DNA of 64,000 nt from Chrysomallon squamiferum (taxonomy: Eukaryota > Animalia > Mollusca), in NCBI GenBank assembly GCA_012295275.1, contig CM022665.1, positions 30,008,001 to 30,072,000 on the forward strand. The letters are read 5' to 3'. The notes beneath the pieces are model-generated. The model worked only from the letters and a program-made list of their open reading frames with translations, was not told where the DNA came from and did no database searches. Below, one piece after another: positions 63,911 to 64,000 of this stretch (positions within the stretch are counted from its first letter, which is position 1; each line of letters starts with the position of its first letter). Made by a program: the position numbers and the translations under genes.

Positions 63911-64000
63911 GTGAAGCCATTATTTTTAAATTCTTGATCTCAAAAATAGTTGGTGGAATCATTATTGATCTTCTTTTTTTTTTTGTAGAAGTATTTAGTT

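Overview
AT-rich, intron-rich animal DNA. Repeat types and protein sequences suggest a mollusc, probably a gastropod (inference). Five protein-coding genes were reconstructed by hand from GT-AG junctions and phase continuity: (1) the 3' end of a SIPA1L/SPAR Rap-GAP gene (+, ends 3207); (2) an intronless KIF-binding protein gene (KIFBP/KBP, -, 8558-10390); (3) a 15-exon dynein-2 light intermediate chain gene (DYNC2LI1, +, 10721-17836), head-to-head with KIFBP across 330 bp; (4) an uncharacterised ~930-aa type-I membrane protein with two lamin-tail-like domains flanking a 5x117-bp mucin repeat (+, 21265-29827); (5) numb (+, 5' exons from ~33.5 kb, CDS from 51843, running off the window). Introns hold a decayed Tc1 element, a MULE element with target-site duplication, an internally deleted Tc1/mariner-superfamily element, SINE-like remnants and many microsatellites. 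I see no wholly new biological system. The best leads are a possibly retroposed KIFBP sharing a cilia-type bidirectional promoter inside an ancient SIPA1L-DYNC2LI1-numb linkage block, the orphan mucin receptor, and several splice-regulatory oddities.
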